64,000 bases of DNA from a virus. The notes under the pieces are model-generated. The model was not told the origin of the DNA, ran no database searches, and saw only the letters and a program-made list of their open reading frames with translations. Below, in pieces: positions 19,491 to 29,060 of the stretch (its first letter is position 1; each line of letters begins with the position of its first letter). Location: IMG/VR virus record IMGVR_UViG_3300028559_000026, positions 1-64,000 of that record; one strand, given 5' to 3'. The translations under genes were made by a program, and so were the position numbers.

Positions 19491-19709
19491 ATGTGGATGA
19501 AAACCACAAAGGCCGCTAACGGTAGGGATTATTTTCGGGACGGTGTTGAGGTTCTAAACGGAATCGCAGTGTCAGTTTCCAAGAAAGAGATGATTCTTAA
19601 GCATTTTCGTGAATGGAAATCCAAGTTTTTTGGTGAATGGCCGTCCCGTATTGTAGACACCACCTTTACTTCTCCGCCACGAGAAATACTCCTTCCACAT
19701 TCTTACTAG
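19491..19709 (+). CDS. hypothetical protein
   Basis: ORF with GAGGT SD. Confidence 0.45.
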   Translation: MWMKTTKAANGRDYFRDGVEVLNGIAVSVSKKEMILKHFREWKSKFFGEWPSRIVDTTFTSPPREILLPHSY

Positions 19710-19717
19710 GGAACCAA

Positions 19718-20404
19718 ATGAGCGAACCAGCTATGGAAAAAGAGATGTTAAGTAAATCTATTCAAGAGGTTATCTGCAAGGAGGATGCTTCGGCATGTGT
19801 CCTGTTGGGGCGACTGTGCCTACAATTTGGCCAAGTTAATCGTATCACCAAACATCCAGATGGTGAGCTAGAGAGCGATACCGACCACACTTTCATGCTA
19901 ACCACGCTGGCGTGTTCCTTCGCGTCTAAGTACCGTCCAGACCTGGACATTGGCCTGATTGCGCAGTATGCGACTGTACATGATTTTGTGGAAGTGTATG
20001 CAGGCGATACTGATACGCTGTCCTCATTTGATGCAAATCAGAAGCATGACAATGAGGAACAAGCACTACGCAAGCTAAAGTCGGGCTTCGATCATTCTTT
20101 GCCATGGGTTAGTAAGACTATTGAGGCATACAATCGACTAGATACACCAGAAGCGCGTTTTGTCAAGTTTATGGATAAGATTTTGCCCAAAATCACGCAT
20201 TTGCTTAACGGCGGTGGTGTTATTTGGGAACATGGCATGTCGATCGACAGCATTAATAAACGAAATCAACAACAGCTTGCCACGATCTGTGCTACGTATG
20301 GTAAGGATTTTCCAGAAGTCAAAGAATTGTTTGAGAAGACGCACGGACTACTCATGGCTTTTCTAACTACCCACCAGGGTCATCCTCAAATTCCATCTGG
20401 ATAA
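19718..20404 (+). CDS. HD-domain phosphohydrolase (YfbR-like 5'-deoxynucleotidase family)
   Basis: VNR...ESDTDHTF...VHDFVEVYAGD...EARFVKFMDK. Confidence 0.85.
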   Translation: MSEPAMEKEMLSKSIQEVICKEDASACVLLGRLCLQFGQVNRITKHPDGELESDTDHTFMLTTLACSFASKYRPDLDIGLIAQYATVHDFVEVYAGDTDTLSSFDANQKHDNEEQALRKLKSGFDHSLPWVSKTIEAYNRLDTPEARFVKFMDKILPKITHLLNGGGVIWEHGMSIDSINKRNQQQLATICATYGKDFPEVKELFEKTHGLLMAFLTTHQGHPQIPSG

Positions 20405-20927
20405 CTGGCGGTAATTGCTCCATATCTGCCAGTTTCTGTTCTCCCCCCAAAGCATTTTTCATCTTATTGATCTTACCTGCTAAATTCAGGAGTTTTTGCT
20501 CCTGCTCTGCAGCGGCCTGGATTCCTGATGCCGGGTCTGATCTAAATGCTTTACCCTTCCACAATGCTTGCTGTTCTTGCTCGACCATGCGCTGTAGCTT
20601 ATCCCCCTTGTGCTTGTCATCCTCATCCTTAGCCACTCTGACTTTGCGCTCTGCTTCAGTTTCGGACAGGATGTCCCTTTCTCTTGTCAAGAAGGGTCTT
20701 TGGTCCTGGTCCTTTTCATCGGGTTCTAGGTCTTCAAGTTCCTCATACTTGGCTTCAAAGTAGTTTTGAAGCACATCGTCTAGGGGTAGTGCGGATACTT
20801 CGTGTAGTGGTGTGCAAAAGTGTGTGCTATACCACCTAAAGATTCTTCTCAGCTCATATCCTGGATCGGAACCAGGAAACATGACACTGCTGAGCGCATT
20901 GATCCTATGAGCTGAGAAGATATCCAT
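20367..20927 (-). CDS. probable tail assembly chaperone (second)
   Basis: RWYSTHFCTPLHEV..LP.DDVLQNYFE; next minus-strand gene upstream of the tape measure. Confidence 0.55.
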   Translation of the reverse strand: MDIFSAHRINALSSVMFPGSDPGYELRRIFRWYSTHFCTPLHEVSALPLDDVLQNYFEAKYEELEDLEPDEKDQDQRPFLTRERDILSETEAERKVRVAKDEDDKHKGDKLQRMVEQEQQALWKGKAFRSDPASGIQAAAEQEQKLLNLAGKINKMKNALGGEQKLADMEQLPPVIQMEFEDDPGG

Positions 20928-20929
20928 GG

Positions 20930-21355
20930 TTATGATGCCTGATCTTGTTCCTCATCCTTATGCTTTGCGTCACGTAGCTTGGCTTGGTTGGCTAGTGCTT
21001 TCTTGGCCACTGCATCAATCAAGTCCTGTTCTGGCTTGATAGCTTCGGGGTAGACCGCCTGGATAAAGGCTACGGACGGCTTGGGACCGCTCATCAGGCT
21101 TGTCCACAGGGGCGGGGAGGACACGATACGGGTGTTGATGGCTGCCAGCATGAAAGCCACCGCATAGGTGTTCTCGCTGGCGTTCTTGGGGTCGCCAGAC
21201 AGGTACTCTCTGAGTAGCTTGTCTTGGCGGAACACATCTTCTGCACTGAGCTTGATCTTGAAAGTAAACTCTGCAGACAGCGTGTCGCCGTAAAGGTCTG
21301 TAATGCTTATCGTTACCGGTTTTGATTCATTTAGGAAGCTATTTGGAAAGCCCAT
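20930..21355 (-). CDS. probable tail assembly chaperone
   Basis: FTFKIKLS...LA.I..RIV..P.W pattern; lies between tube and tape measure. Confidence 0.6.
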   Translation of the reverse strand: MGFPNSFLNESKPVTISITDLYGDTLSAEFTFKIKLSAEDVFRQDKLLREYLSGDPKNASENTYAVAFMLAAINTRIVSSPPLWTSLMSGPKPSVAFIQAVYPEAIKPEQDLIDAVAKKALANQAKLRDAKHKDEEQDQAS

Positions 21356-21370
21356 GCGTCACCTTTCTTG

Positions 21371-21399
21371 TTGCGTCTCAAAATATTTAATGCTATATA
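21371..21399 (+). promoter_or_regulatory. sigma70-like promoter
   Basis: TTGCGT-17-TATATA with extended TG. Confidence 0.55.
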
Positions 21400-21440
21400 G
21401 TAATAGTTACTGTTCCTCAAACCACTCAAGGAGATTGTCT

Positions 21441-21965
21441 ATGAAGAAGCTGTCGATCCAAACGTATTTTAGTCGTGCATGCACCGAGTTTGCCGTGTCT
21501 CTGCTAGATAGCGCTCACAAGATTGTATCTGGACCTATTCCTGGTGTGATTGCAAGTGACATCGCTTTTGTCAATGGCAAAGCCATCAATGTTTTTGGCA
21601 AGATTACCGAGCTTGCCCAGAAGCAGGCAGAGCTGTACGCTAAAGACGACATCGAGAGCGATGCTAAGCGTGCTGCACTACAAGGTGTGGCCGCTCCGGT
21701 CGCTAAGCCCGTCCCGCGCCTTGTCCAGCCTCGCAAGATGAATGGTGTATCGTCCCGTAACGTATTAGCGCTTTGTCTTGGTGTCTCGAATGAGGAGATT
21801 CCAGAGAAGATTGTCAATCTTATCAATGATTTGAATGCAGCCAGTACTATGAATGATGATGTATATCTGAAGATTATCCAGCTCGGCAACGCCCTAGTGA
21901 ATGACGGCACCATTGGTCGTAAGCCTGGCAAGCCTCGCAAGGCTGTAGCTACTCCTGCAGTTTAA
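21441..21965 (+). CDS. hypothetical protein
   Basis: AAGGAG SD before ATG 21441 (MKKLSIQ). Confidence 0.7.
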   Translation: MKKLSIQTYFSRACTEFAVSLLDSAHKIVSGPIPGVIASDIAFVNGKAINVFGKITELAQKQAELYAKDDIESDAKRAALQGVAAPVAKPVPRLVQPRKMNGVSSRNVLALCLGVSNEEIPEKIVNLINDLNAASTMNDDVYLKIIQLGNALVNDGTIGRKPGKPRKAVATPAV

Positions 21966-21981
21966 CTGTCAAAGGACAACC

Positions 21982-22401
21982 ATGACTAAAAATCAAAAAA
22001 TCCGTAGTATTGTAGAGCGATTGCTTGTACTTGCTAGTAACCCTAAGATGCTACGTCTAACCCTTAGAAGTAGTGTTCCGCAGGACCGATTTGCGGTAAT
22101 TGTCAAGACACTTCGATGGATGCCACGTAGTGTACGCAAAACACAGCAGCTTAATAGCTGGTCGGATATTGACAGCCTTCTGAGTGCTCGTGAAGTGTTG
22201 GCAATGTTGATGGGGACGTGTGATTGTGAACTACCTATCAGTGTCCTGAAGTCTTTGGGCGACCTGTCCATGGTCAAAGCTAGTGGCGTTCCTGATGCGC
22301 TCAAGCGGCTAGCGGAAGTACTCGCCAACATGGATAAGCAGGAGCAGCACTATCGTGTAGAAGCTGGTCCAGACGGTCTTCTCTTCTTTCCTATTCGCTA
22401 A
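21982..22401 (+). CDS. hypothetical protein
   Basis: AAGGA SD; 139 aa. Confidence 0.65.
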   Translation: MTKNQKIRSIVERLLVLASNPKMLRLTLRSSVPQDRFAVIVKTLRWMPRSVRKTQQLNSWSDIDSLLSAREVLAMLMGTCDCELPISVLKSLGDLSMVKASGVPDALKRLAEVLANMDKQEQHYRVEAGPDGLLFFPIR

Positions 22402-22419
22402 ATCCTCGTATTTCCTGCC

Positions 22420-22449
22420 TTTACACTTCGCAGTGAAGTCTGGTATATT
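22420..22449 (+). promoter_or_regulatory. sigma70-like promoter
   Basis: TTTACA-18-TATATT with extended TG; AGGAG SD and ATG 22472 of a short, probably broken ORF. Confidence 0.45.
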
Positions 22450-22651
22450 CTTTTCATAGGAGATCATCCCAATGAAAACCAGACCCAATCAAGCTATCCG
22501 AAACACTGTTACTCAGATTATCCGCCGGGATGGGTGCTAGAGGCTGGACGATCTGCAGTGGTGGCAGATGATAAGAAGAAAGCGCAGCGTCGGGAAATTG
22601 TTAATAAACAACGGCGGGCACGCACCAGCGCCATGCAATCTCTTGGTATAG

Positions 22652-23338
22652 TTAAGTCATCCGAGGTTTATTGAGTCTGCCCCGGTTGGCTAATCTATCC
22701 GCTAGCTCATTCTCTGGATGACCTGAATGGCCTTTGATATGGCTAAAGGTCACATGTCCTGGAAATTGATTGCGTTTATATATCTCATGCCTAATTCTTG
22801 CCACTAACTCATGATTCGACTTGATTTTCCACGAGAAGTCAGAAGCGCACCCGATTGCATACATAGAGTCAGGTCGGATCATGATAGTTGCAGACAAACA
22901 TGGGATGGCATAAAACACTCTCATTACCGCTGATAGCTCGGCATGGTTATTGGTCCCATTACCGCACGATTCCGCAATTTCCGTTTTAGAGAATACATTG
23001 CCAGATACGTCCTGCTCTATAATCACCACACCTATACCTGATGGCTTATCAGGACTGGTACCACTACCATCTGTGTAGGCGGTGTATGACCGTGATGGCT
23101 GTTGAATGCTTATTCCATTAAAGGTGCGGATACTGGCTAGTGTGTTTTCGATTGGGTAGTGCCGATAAAACGCGAAGTGTCTGTTGGTGCCTGGGCGACC
23201 AGTATAGATACCGATATCACTTACACTAAATGAATCTAGGTTGTGCTCGATAAGAGCTGAGTGGATGTCAAGTAAAAGGCGACGGGGCCAGCCGAGTTTT
23301 AATGCCTCGCTGGCGTGTGATCTATCTAGTCCAGACAT
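22652..23338 (-). CDS. rnhA: Ribonuclease HI
   Basis: YTDGS, TNNHAEL, PDSMY, HIKGHSGHPENELADRLA. Confidence 0.92.
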   Translation of the reverse strand: MSGLDRSHASEALKLGWPRRLLLDIHSALIEHNLDSFSVSDIGIYTGRPGTNRHFAFYRHYPIENTLASIRTFNGISIQQPSRSYTAYTDGSGTSPDKPSGIGVVIIEQDVSGNVFSKTEIAESCGNGTNNHAELSAVMRVFYAIPCLSATIMIRPDSMYAIGCASDFSWKIKSNHELVARIRHEIYKRNQFPGHVTFSHIKGHSGHPENELADRLANRGRLNKPRMT

Positions 23339-23339
23339 A

Positions 23340-23570
23340 TTAGTGCTTGTGGTTACAGTGTTTGTGGTTTCGGCTATGCCAATAGCGATCAGCCACCAGG
23401 ATTACTGCAGAAGTAAGAACACCTAGCCCGAGATACAGAGGCAAGTTTTCCTTGTGGTCATGGCTAGCCACAGCACCAACACCCAGGATGGATGCAATCA
23501 GGCTCAAGTGTGCAGGGCACAGCAAGCAGAACAGAAGCGGAGTACATACAGCGGCAATTTTAGCTTTCAT
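23340..23570 (-). CDS. small Cys/His-rich membrane protein (MerC-like)
   Basis: CLLCPAH in the first TM region, two hydrophobic helices, tail HKHCNHKH. Confidence 0.5.
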   Translation of the reverse strand: MKAKIAAVCTPLLFCLLCPAHLSLIASILGVGAVASHDHKENLPLYLGLGVLTSAVILVADRYWHSRNHKHCNHKH

Positions 23571-23574
23571 TGGT

Positions 23575-24204
23575 TTACCTTATCGAATGGTTTAGATCTA
23601 GATGCTCGATCAACATACGCATGAACATCTCGCCCTGTTCAATAGCGTCATCAATGCCGACATGAGTGTGTGGACGCTCAGCAGAGAACCACCGTGGTGG
23701 CATCTCTCTTTTACCTACACGGTGATATGGTGTCTTCAGTACAGCAGCGGCGTAGGTCTTTGAGTCTAGTGCGCTGAAGCCAAGTGGGCTGTACTTAAAG
23801 AAACGAATTAGGTACCAGTAGGCCCACATGAAATCGAATCCTGCGGGATACCCAACAAAGACAGGCCGAATTTTGCGGTCAGTGGCGCTCTGTTGTGTAG
23901 AGACTACTTTCTCGATCCAGGCAGCAAAGTTACGCATACCAGCAACAGGCGCTTCTGTGTTTTGCCTAGTAGCTGTGTAGGCGTCTGGATGCTTAGCCCA
24001 AAATTCCATAGTATCGGGGCATTCAGTGGCATCGGATAATGTCTCTAAGTTGACGCTGAAAGTTGAGAGTAATACGAAGGTGTTATTACTATTCAGCCGA
24101 TACGCTGCCGATCCCAGACTAAGCATCGAGAATAGGCCTGGAATTGGACCGTTAGTCTCAACATCAGTACTGAAGTAAATCTCATTAAAATGTGGGTCGG
24201 TCAT
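23575..24204 (-). CDS. DEDDh 3'-5' exonuclease (Rv2179c-like)
   Basis: STDVETNGP, AGFDF, HTHVGIDDAIEQ. Confidence 0.85.
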   Translation of the reverse strand: MTDPHFNEIYFSTDVETNGPIPGLFSMLSLGSAAYRLNSNNTFVLLSTFSVNLETLSDATECPDTMEFWAKHPDAYTATRQNTEAPVAGMRNFAAWIEKVVSTQQSATDRKIRPVFVGYPAGFDFMWAYWYLIRFFKYSPLGFSALDSKTYAAAVLKTPYHRVGKREMPPRWFSAERPHTHVGIDDAIEQGEMFMRMLIEHLDLNHSIR

Positions 24205-24413
24205 TACTTGCGCTCCATAATCTTGCGGACTGAACCAGCAGACACCAAGGTTAACGTACTAGCGTCCACACAATTATTCACTCTGAATGGCTTATTTCTT
24301 CTAATGGTCGGAGTGACGCTCTCAATCCAAACCCTATCACTGTCCTTATAGGACGTAGTGACTAGGTATACACCATCCTTATCTTTCACTTTGTCGCCTC
24401 GATAGAACTTCAT
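24204..24413 (-). CDS. hypothetical SH3-like protein
   Basis: GGAG SD before MKFYRGDKV. Confidence 0.55.
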   Translation of the reverse strand: MKFYRGDKVKDKDGVYLVTTSYKDSDRVWIESVTPTIRRNKPFRVNNCVDASTLTLVSAGSVRKIMERK

Positions 24414-24440
24414 CTGATTTGGCTCCGCTATGACTGAATT

Positions 24441-24731
24441 ATGGAATCTATAGTAGCACCAACGATCCAGAAACGTCAACGTAAAAATTTAGGAAAAGTG
24501 AAAGCCTTGTTTGAAAAGGCTTCCGTGCCGCAGGAGGCGGCTGTATACATCGAGGGTGATGGTGAACACGCCATGCTTTGTGTCCGGGTGGTTCATTCAA
24601 GACAGGTGTATCGGCAACTTCTATCAGAAATTGCTCACTCTTTGGTTGAAAGGACGATTGTTCAGGATGTGGCGGCAAACCCTGTCAAGAAAAAAAGAAG
24701 GTTTTTTGCTAAGCGTGGACTTTTAAGGTAA
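24441..24731 (+). CDS. hypothetical protein
   Basis: 96 aa ORF with protein-like composition; competing ORFs overlap. Confidence 0.4.
   Translation: MESIVAPTIQKRQRKNLGKVKALFEKASVPQEAAVYIEGDGEHAMLCVRVVHSRQVYRQLLSEIAHSLVERTIVQDVAANPVKKKRRFFAKRGLLR
24450..24479 (-). promoter_or_regulatory. sigma70-like promoter for the exonuclease/RNase H operon
   Basis: TTGACG-18-TACTAT with extended TG on the minus strand. Confidence 0.5.
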
Positions 24732-24759
24732 GTGCCCGATATAATTGATAACAAAGTTA

Positions 24760-24788
24760 TTGACTATTATCATGGTGGCAGGTAGGAT
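24760..24788 (+). promoter_or_regulatory. sigma70-like promoter
   Basis: TTGACT-17-TAGGAT. Confidence 0.55.
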
Positions 24789-24811
24789 GAGTTATCAAAG
24801 GCGGTGATTTT

Positions 24812-25278
24812 ATGTTTAGACTTGGCGACAAAGTTCGAGTAATTGGTAATCCTGCATGGAAAGCTGATGTAATGGCTAGCATTGTAGGTATGGTGGGTGA
24901 ATACTAGATGCCAAAGGATGCGATATTTCCTCGCTTGAAAATATCGACGTTACAAGCACTTCCATCCTTATGGAAGATGCGGACGGCATGGAATGGGCGT
25001 GGAAACCGAATTGTCTGGAGCTTGCTTATGAGAGCAGCGAATCGAAAATTGACCGATTAGTCAATGATGTTCTCTCATTAATCAAGAGTCGCGAGGCTGA
25101 AGGCGAGACTGACTTGGAAATTAAGGTTTTGCCGAATGGTTGCGTACCATTGATCTCAAGACTGGTGCGGTCGAGCATCAATGGAGTGAGTCGCAAGAAA
25201 ATTGCATCAAATGTGGCGACCACTGGTTTATGTCTAGTCTTACATGTCTGGGTGATATCAGGAAAGACCAATGCCTAG
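24812..25278 (+). pseudogene. frameshifted SH3-like gene containing a protease-gene fragment
   Basis: MFRLGDKVRV...GMVGEY* from 24812; continuation IDVTSTSILMEDADGMEWAWKPNCLEL is in another frame. Confidence 0.55.
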
Positions 25279-25365
25279 TAATACTACCGATTGCATTATT
25301 TCGATACTAGATGCACTAACTGCTATTATCTTACTAGTTGCCCTCTTTAAGACCAGGAGTCGATA

Positions 25366-25782
25366 ATGCCTATCCGTTTTCAGAAGATGATCTATCGCAA
25401 GGATTTGCGATCCAATCCTAACACCCTGTATGTGTTTGGCGATAATTTGAAGCGTCAGGGAATGGGTGGGCAAGCTGCAGAAATGCGGTACGAGCCTAAT
25501 GCTTGTGGTGTGGCGACTAAGAAGTCACCTGGAACTAGCCCTGCCGATTACTTTCGCGATAATGAATATATAAAGAATTTAGAGATTTTCCATAACGATT
25601 TAGATCGTGTAGAAAATCATCTTAAGGTTGGTGGTGAAGTCGTATTTCCTACCAATGGTTTGGGTACTGGCCTGTCTAGGTTGACGCAAACAGCGCCGCA
25701 ATCGTATCAGGCATTGACAGACATTATTGCTGAATTTGTAAAAAAATATGGTATGGTTGATATGAGTGAGCCGGAATATTAA
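25366..25782 (+). CDS. conserved phage protein (YVFGDN..R.G.GGQA family)
   Basis: YVFGDNLKRQGMGGQAAEMR.EPNA.GVATK, GLGTGLS.L. Confidence 0.75.
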   Translation: MPIRFQKMIYRKDLRSNPNTLYVFGDNLKRQGMGGQAAEMRYEPNACGVATKKSPGTSPADYFRDNEYIKNLEIFHNDLDRVENHLKVGGEVVFPTNGLGTGLSRLTQTAPQSYQALTDIIAEFVKKYGMVDMSEPEY

Positions 25783-25824
25783 CCATGCGAAGATCTGCTC
25801 AATCATTTTGCAGGAGCTTTTTTA

Positions 25825-26022
25825 TTGATGACTCTTACGAGTGCTAAGCCCGAATCACACCAACCCACTCCAGTAATGGAAGGCTTCCACCAGGATTCAC
25901 GGACGTATGGCCAGTGTGGCGATTGTGAACTTACATTCTGGGAAGACGAGCTTGAGTCTGATGGACATCTTCATTTTCCCAGACGTTTATGTAAAGATTG
26001 CTTAGGGCGGGATAGGTATTAG
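25825..26022 (+). CDS. small zinc-finger-like protein
   Basis: CGDC...CKDC. Confidence 0.5.
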   Translation: MMTLTSAKPESHQPTPVMEGFHQDSRTYGQCGDCELTFWEDELESDGHLHFPRRLCKDCLGRDRY

Positions 26023-26042
26023 ACTAGATATAGTACATTTCC

Positions 26043-26513
26043 TTACGGAAGGGACGTGCTATCATTTGGTTCGTGGTTATCAGTGGACTCATCATCGACG
26101 ATAATGCCAATATAGGGCATCGACATCTGCGTTAATTGACGTGCCGCAAAAGATGAGTTATAACCCAACGGACGCACATCCCGAATGGTCGCGACCGACA
26201 CAAGCGATTGACGATCCACAATACCGATCTGGATATACTCGTGATTGAGCAGATCTTTGATATTAGGTACCCGACCTTCGATATGTGCTCCATGGTTAAC
26301 TACACGCCAACCCGATGCAGTGCAGTTGACCGGCTCAACCGAGGTATAGTCGATTGAGGCAGCAGTGAACCGACCCAGGATAAATGCTGGCGTAGCATCA
26401 TACTGGAGCCCGTAAGAAAAGTTATCGTAAATTCCGACTACTAGGACTTGCTTTGTATTGGGGTCTACCATGCCAACTTTGGCTCTGGCACCCGACATAA
26501 TTTTTGGGGGCAT
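26043..26513 (-). CDS. Tail tube protein
   Basis: 156 aa directly after the sheath; MSGARAKV...FILGR...IDY. Confidence 0.8.
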   Translation of the reverse strand: MPPKIMSGARAKVGMVDPNTKQVLVVGIYDNFSYGLQYDATPAFILGRFTAASIDYTSVEPVNCTASGWRVVNHGAHIEGRVPNIKDLLNHEYIQIGIVDRQSLVSVATIRDVRPLGYNSSFAARQLTQMSMPYIGIIVDDESTDNHEPNDSTSLP

Positions 26514-26522
26514 TGTTACTCC

Positions 26523-29030
26523 TTATCCACTAGCCGATGAACTTACTTGAGAGATTTTCAAATTGATTGGTACAAAGTAGATTAGACCAGCTAATTTACT
26601 CTCGACATTCACGATAGCCGCAGTACCCTTAATTTCGACTCTGGCATTCTTATAGCCGCCCGGTGCGTCATCTGATGGGGCGGTCAGCTTAAGGCGTAAA
26701 CACTCGCCCATGATCGACTTGAGGACGTTTAGAGCCTGTGCTGCGGTGATGTCTGCCTGCGACTCTCCTACCAAAGCGTCTTCCAGGTCGCGGGATAGCT
26801 TGAGTGCAATCTGGTCGCCAACATACACAGCCTGAACACTGTTCCAGTAGAAATTAGCGTCCTTGGTGTAGGTGGTCTGATCAGAAGCCCATACGAAATT
26901 GTCGCTATCATCCGTCTTGATCGGAAGTAGACCAGCAAGCAGCGCTCTCTCTACATCTGCCAGATCCGATGGGTCATAACTACCATCACGCATAACAACA
27001 CCATTCTGATTAGGTGTGCGATGCACAATTCCCTTATAGAAGCCTGCAGCTTGCATACCTGCAGCGATTACTGCCGACATCCAAGGCTGATACTGCACAA
27101 TGCCCTGGCCCACAGAAGGACGGATAAAGTCAAGGAAGCTGAGTGATACTCGCCCATGCGCGAGCTGATTAGCTGCATTCTGGTCATTCGTGAATGAATC
27201 CAGGAGCGACAGAAACGCTTGGCGATGCCGTTTACGTCGCATAGTGGACATATTGATAACGTGGGTACGTACCAGTGCGTTGATATTGGCAATCGTATAG
27301 GTAGAGCTGCTGTCCGTTTCACCATCAGCGATATCTGCAGAAGCGTCACGAGACATCAGAGGAACCACGAAGTTAACTCGCAGCTTCTCTAGTGCGGTAA
27401 TTGCTGCCTCAATACCAGCTTCGGTAGTTCCACCCTTAGTACCACCACTCAGATACGTAGTAGCGCTCACAACTGCTGGGAGTCCAGAAACCGCTGGGAT
27501 ATTCGTAGCAGTCGTAGTGCCTAGCTGCAGAGCAGACGACAGAGTTTGAACATTGGTGAAGAAGGTAACTGCATCAACCTTCAGACGACCAGTTTTATTT
27601 CCGAAGTCACTGCAAATACCAAGTGCAGAAACCTCATCCAGCATGGTAGGAGCCTTCTGGCCCAGCAGTGTGGTAGTTACACTGCAAGTATACCCAGGCT
27701 GTGCATTGATGAAGGTACACAGATCCGAGATGGTTGGGTACTTAGAGAAGGTAAGGTTTAGATTTGAGCCAGCGCCACCAGTGACGGTGGTTGATAGGCC
27801 CGTGGCAGTCACAGTCAGGGTAGCGGTGGTTCCTTTATAGCCGATTGACATAGCAATCTGGCCACCAGCGGTAATGGCTTCTACCACATTGTCAAGCGAA
27901 CGTGCTACATTCAGAGTGACTGAATACTCAGAAGCACTGGTCAACAGCTTAGGAGTAGTAGACTTGCTGATCCAAGTAACCTTCGTGGTGTTTAGGCTGT
28001 AGCACAGATCGGTAAATCGACCAGTGCTGGAAGTCAGCTCGTTAACCTCAAGATTCTTGCCAGCACCATCAATTGGTAGTGCAGTCTCAAGAGTCACGGT
28101 CAGAGGAGAATAAGCCTCCACATCCGTAACAGCCACCGCAGCGGTCGCTGCGACACTTTCTGGAGCGGTGAGGGCACCAGCACCACCCGAGTCATCCAAG
28201 AGCTTTGTAGCAACAACCACGGTGTTTGTGACTGAGGTTACGACATATGAGCCACGGTTCTTGTTGGTTGCGCCCTGGATAACAGACCCGGAAGGAATGT
28301 ACAGCGTGTCACCCACAACAGGGTTAACAGCCCACGCAATACTACGGGTGATGGCTACAGAGTTACCAGTTGCAGCCAAAGCTAGTGTACCAGCCACAGT
28401 CAAAATGGCTCGGTTTACACCACCAGTACAAGCAATGCCGCTCAGTGCATCTAGCTGGGCCTGGATTGTATCAGGCGTGTCCAGTGCGGTTAGCTGGGTA
28501 GAAACTGCAGTACCACCATTCGCTCTAAACGTGATATCTGTTGCGTTGTTTGGCACCAGCAGAGTAAACAGACCAGTGGTCGGAATTATCTCTGGGGTCT
28601 TCTGAGCGATGGTAAAGGAATACAGATTCCCATTCTCGCCATAGTTACGATCGGCAAGAGTGTGATACGTGCCACCAGCGAGATTCAGAATGACCTTAGA
28701 AGCCTTGTCGCTGACATTGGTTTTGACCAGATAGATGCGGGTCGGAGCACCAACCAGCTTCACATCAGCACTAGGAGTGACTGCCGCCACAAAAGCGTCA
28801 ACCAGTCGTCCCGTACCATATTTAGCTCGTACATCACCATCCTGGGTGGGGCTAAACCAATTCTGTGATAGTGCAGTCTCTTGACTATATGCAGGGCCTG
28901 CATCGGACTCGCCCATCAATACCATGACGCCGCTTACGGGTAGTCCGCTAGCGGAAGCCTCAACTTCAATATTCGGGTACGCTCCTGGTACAATGAGAGT
29001 CCCCTGCGGGGTTTGATATGCCTGTGCCAT
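26523..29030 (-). CDS. Tail sheath protein
   Basis: IVPGAY, GESDAGP, YLSGGTKG, HVINMS..RR.R, ALLAGLLPI, DQTTY; 835 aa. Confidence 0.9.
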   Translation of the reverse strand: MAQAYQTPQGTLIVPGAYPNIEVEASASGLPVSGVMVLMGESDAGPAYSQETALSQNWFSPTQDGDVRAKYGTGRLVDAFVAAVTPSADVKLVGAPTRIYLVKTNVSDKASKVILNLAGGTYHTLADRNYGENGNLYSFTIAQKTPEIIPTTGLFTLLVPNNATDITFRANGGTAVSTQLTALDTPDTIQAQLDALSGIACTGGVNRAILTVAGTLALAATGNSVAITRSIAWAVNPVVGDTLYIPSGSVIQGATNKNRGSYVVTSVTNTVVVATKLLDDSGGAGALTAPESVAATAAVAVTDVEAYSPLTVTLETALPIDGAGKNLEVNELTSSTGRFTDLCYSLNTTKVTWISKSTTPKLLTSASEYSVTLNVARSLDNVVEAITAGGQIAMSIGYKGTTATLTVTATGLSTTVTGGAGSNLNLTFSKYPTISDLCTFINAQPGYTCSVTTTLLGQKAPTMLDEVSALGICSDFGNKTGRLKVDAVTFFTNVQTLSSALQLGTTTATNIPAVSGLPAVVSATTYLSGGTKGGTTEAGIEAAITALEKLRVNFVVPLMSRDASADIADGETDSSSTYTIANINALVRTHVINMSTMRRKRHRQAFLSLLDSFTNDQNAANQLAHGRVSLSFLDFIRPSVGQGIVQYQPWMSAVIAAGMQAAGFYKGIVHRTPNQNGVVMRDGSYDPSDLADVERALLAGLLPIKTDDSDNFVWASDQTTYTKDANFYWNSVQAVYVGDQIALKLSRDLEDALVGESQADITAAQALNVLKSIMGECLRLKLTAPSDDAPGGYKNARVEIKGTAAIVNVESKLAGLIYFVPINLKISQVSSSASG

Positions 29031-29054
29031 TTGTTACCATTACCTTTCTAATGA

Positions 29055-29059
29055 AGATT
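29055..29059 (-). promoter_or_regulatory. AATCT late-promoter motif (leadered variant)
   Basis: AATCT 24 nt upstream of the sheath ATG, with a GAAAGG SD between. Confidence 0.5.
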
Positions 29060-29060
29060 A

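Noticed and set aside
20927-20960. Programmed -1 frameshift between the two tail chaperone genes
   Set aside because: The downstream frame has a TGA at 20952-20954, and no slippery heptamer lies in the short remaining overlap; the genes look separate
22472-22673. Expressed gene after a good promoter and SD
   Set aside because: The ATG 22472 frame stops after 22 codons and protein-like sequence continues in another frame; probably a decayed small gene, too weak to call
24495-24690. Minus-strand small RNA (TTGACA at 24684-24689, hairpin near 24500-24524)
   Set aside because: The -10 is poor and a plausible plus-strand ORF covers the region; cannot be supported
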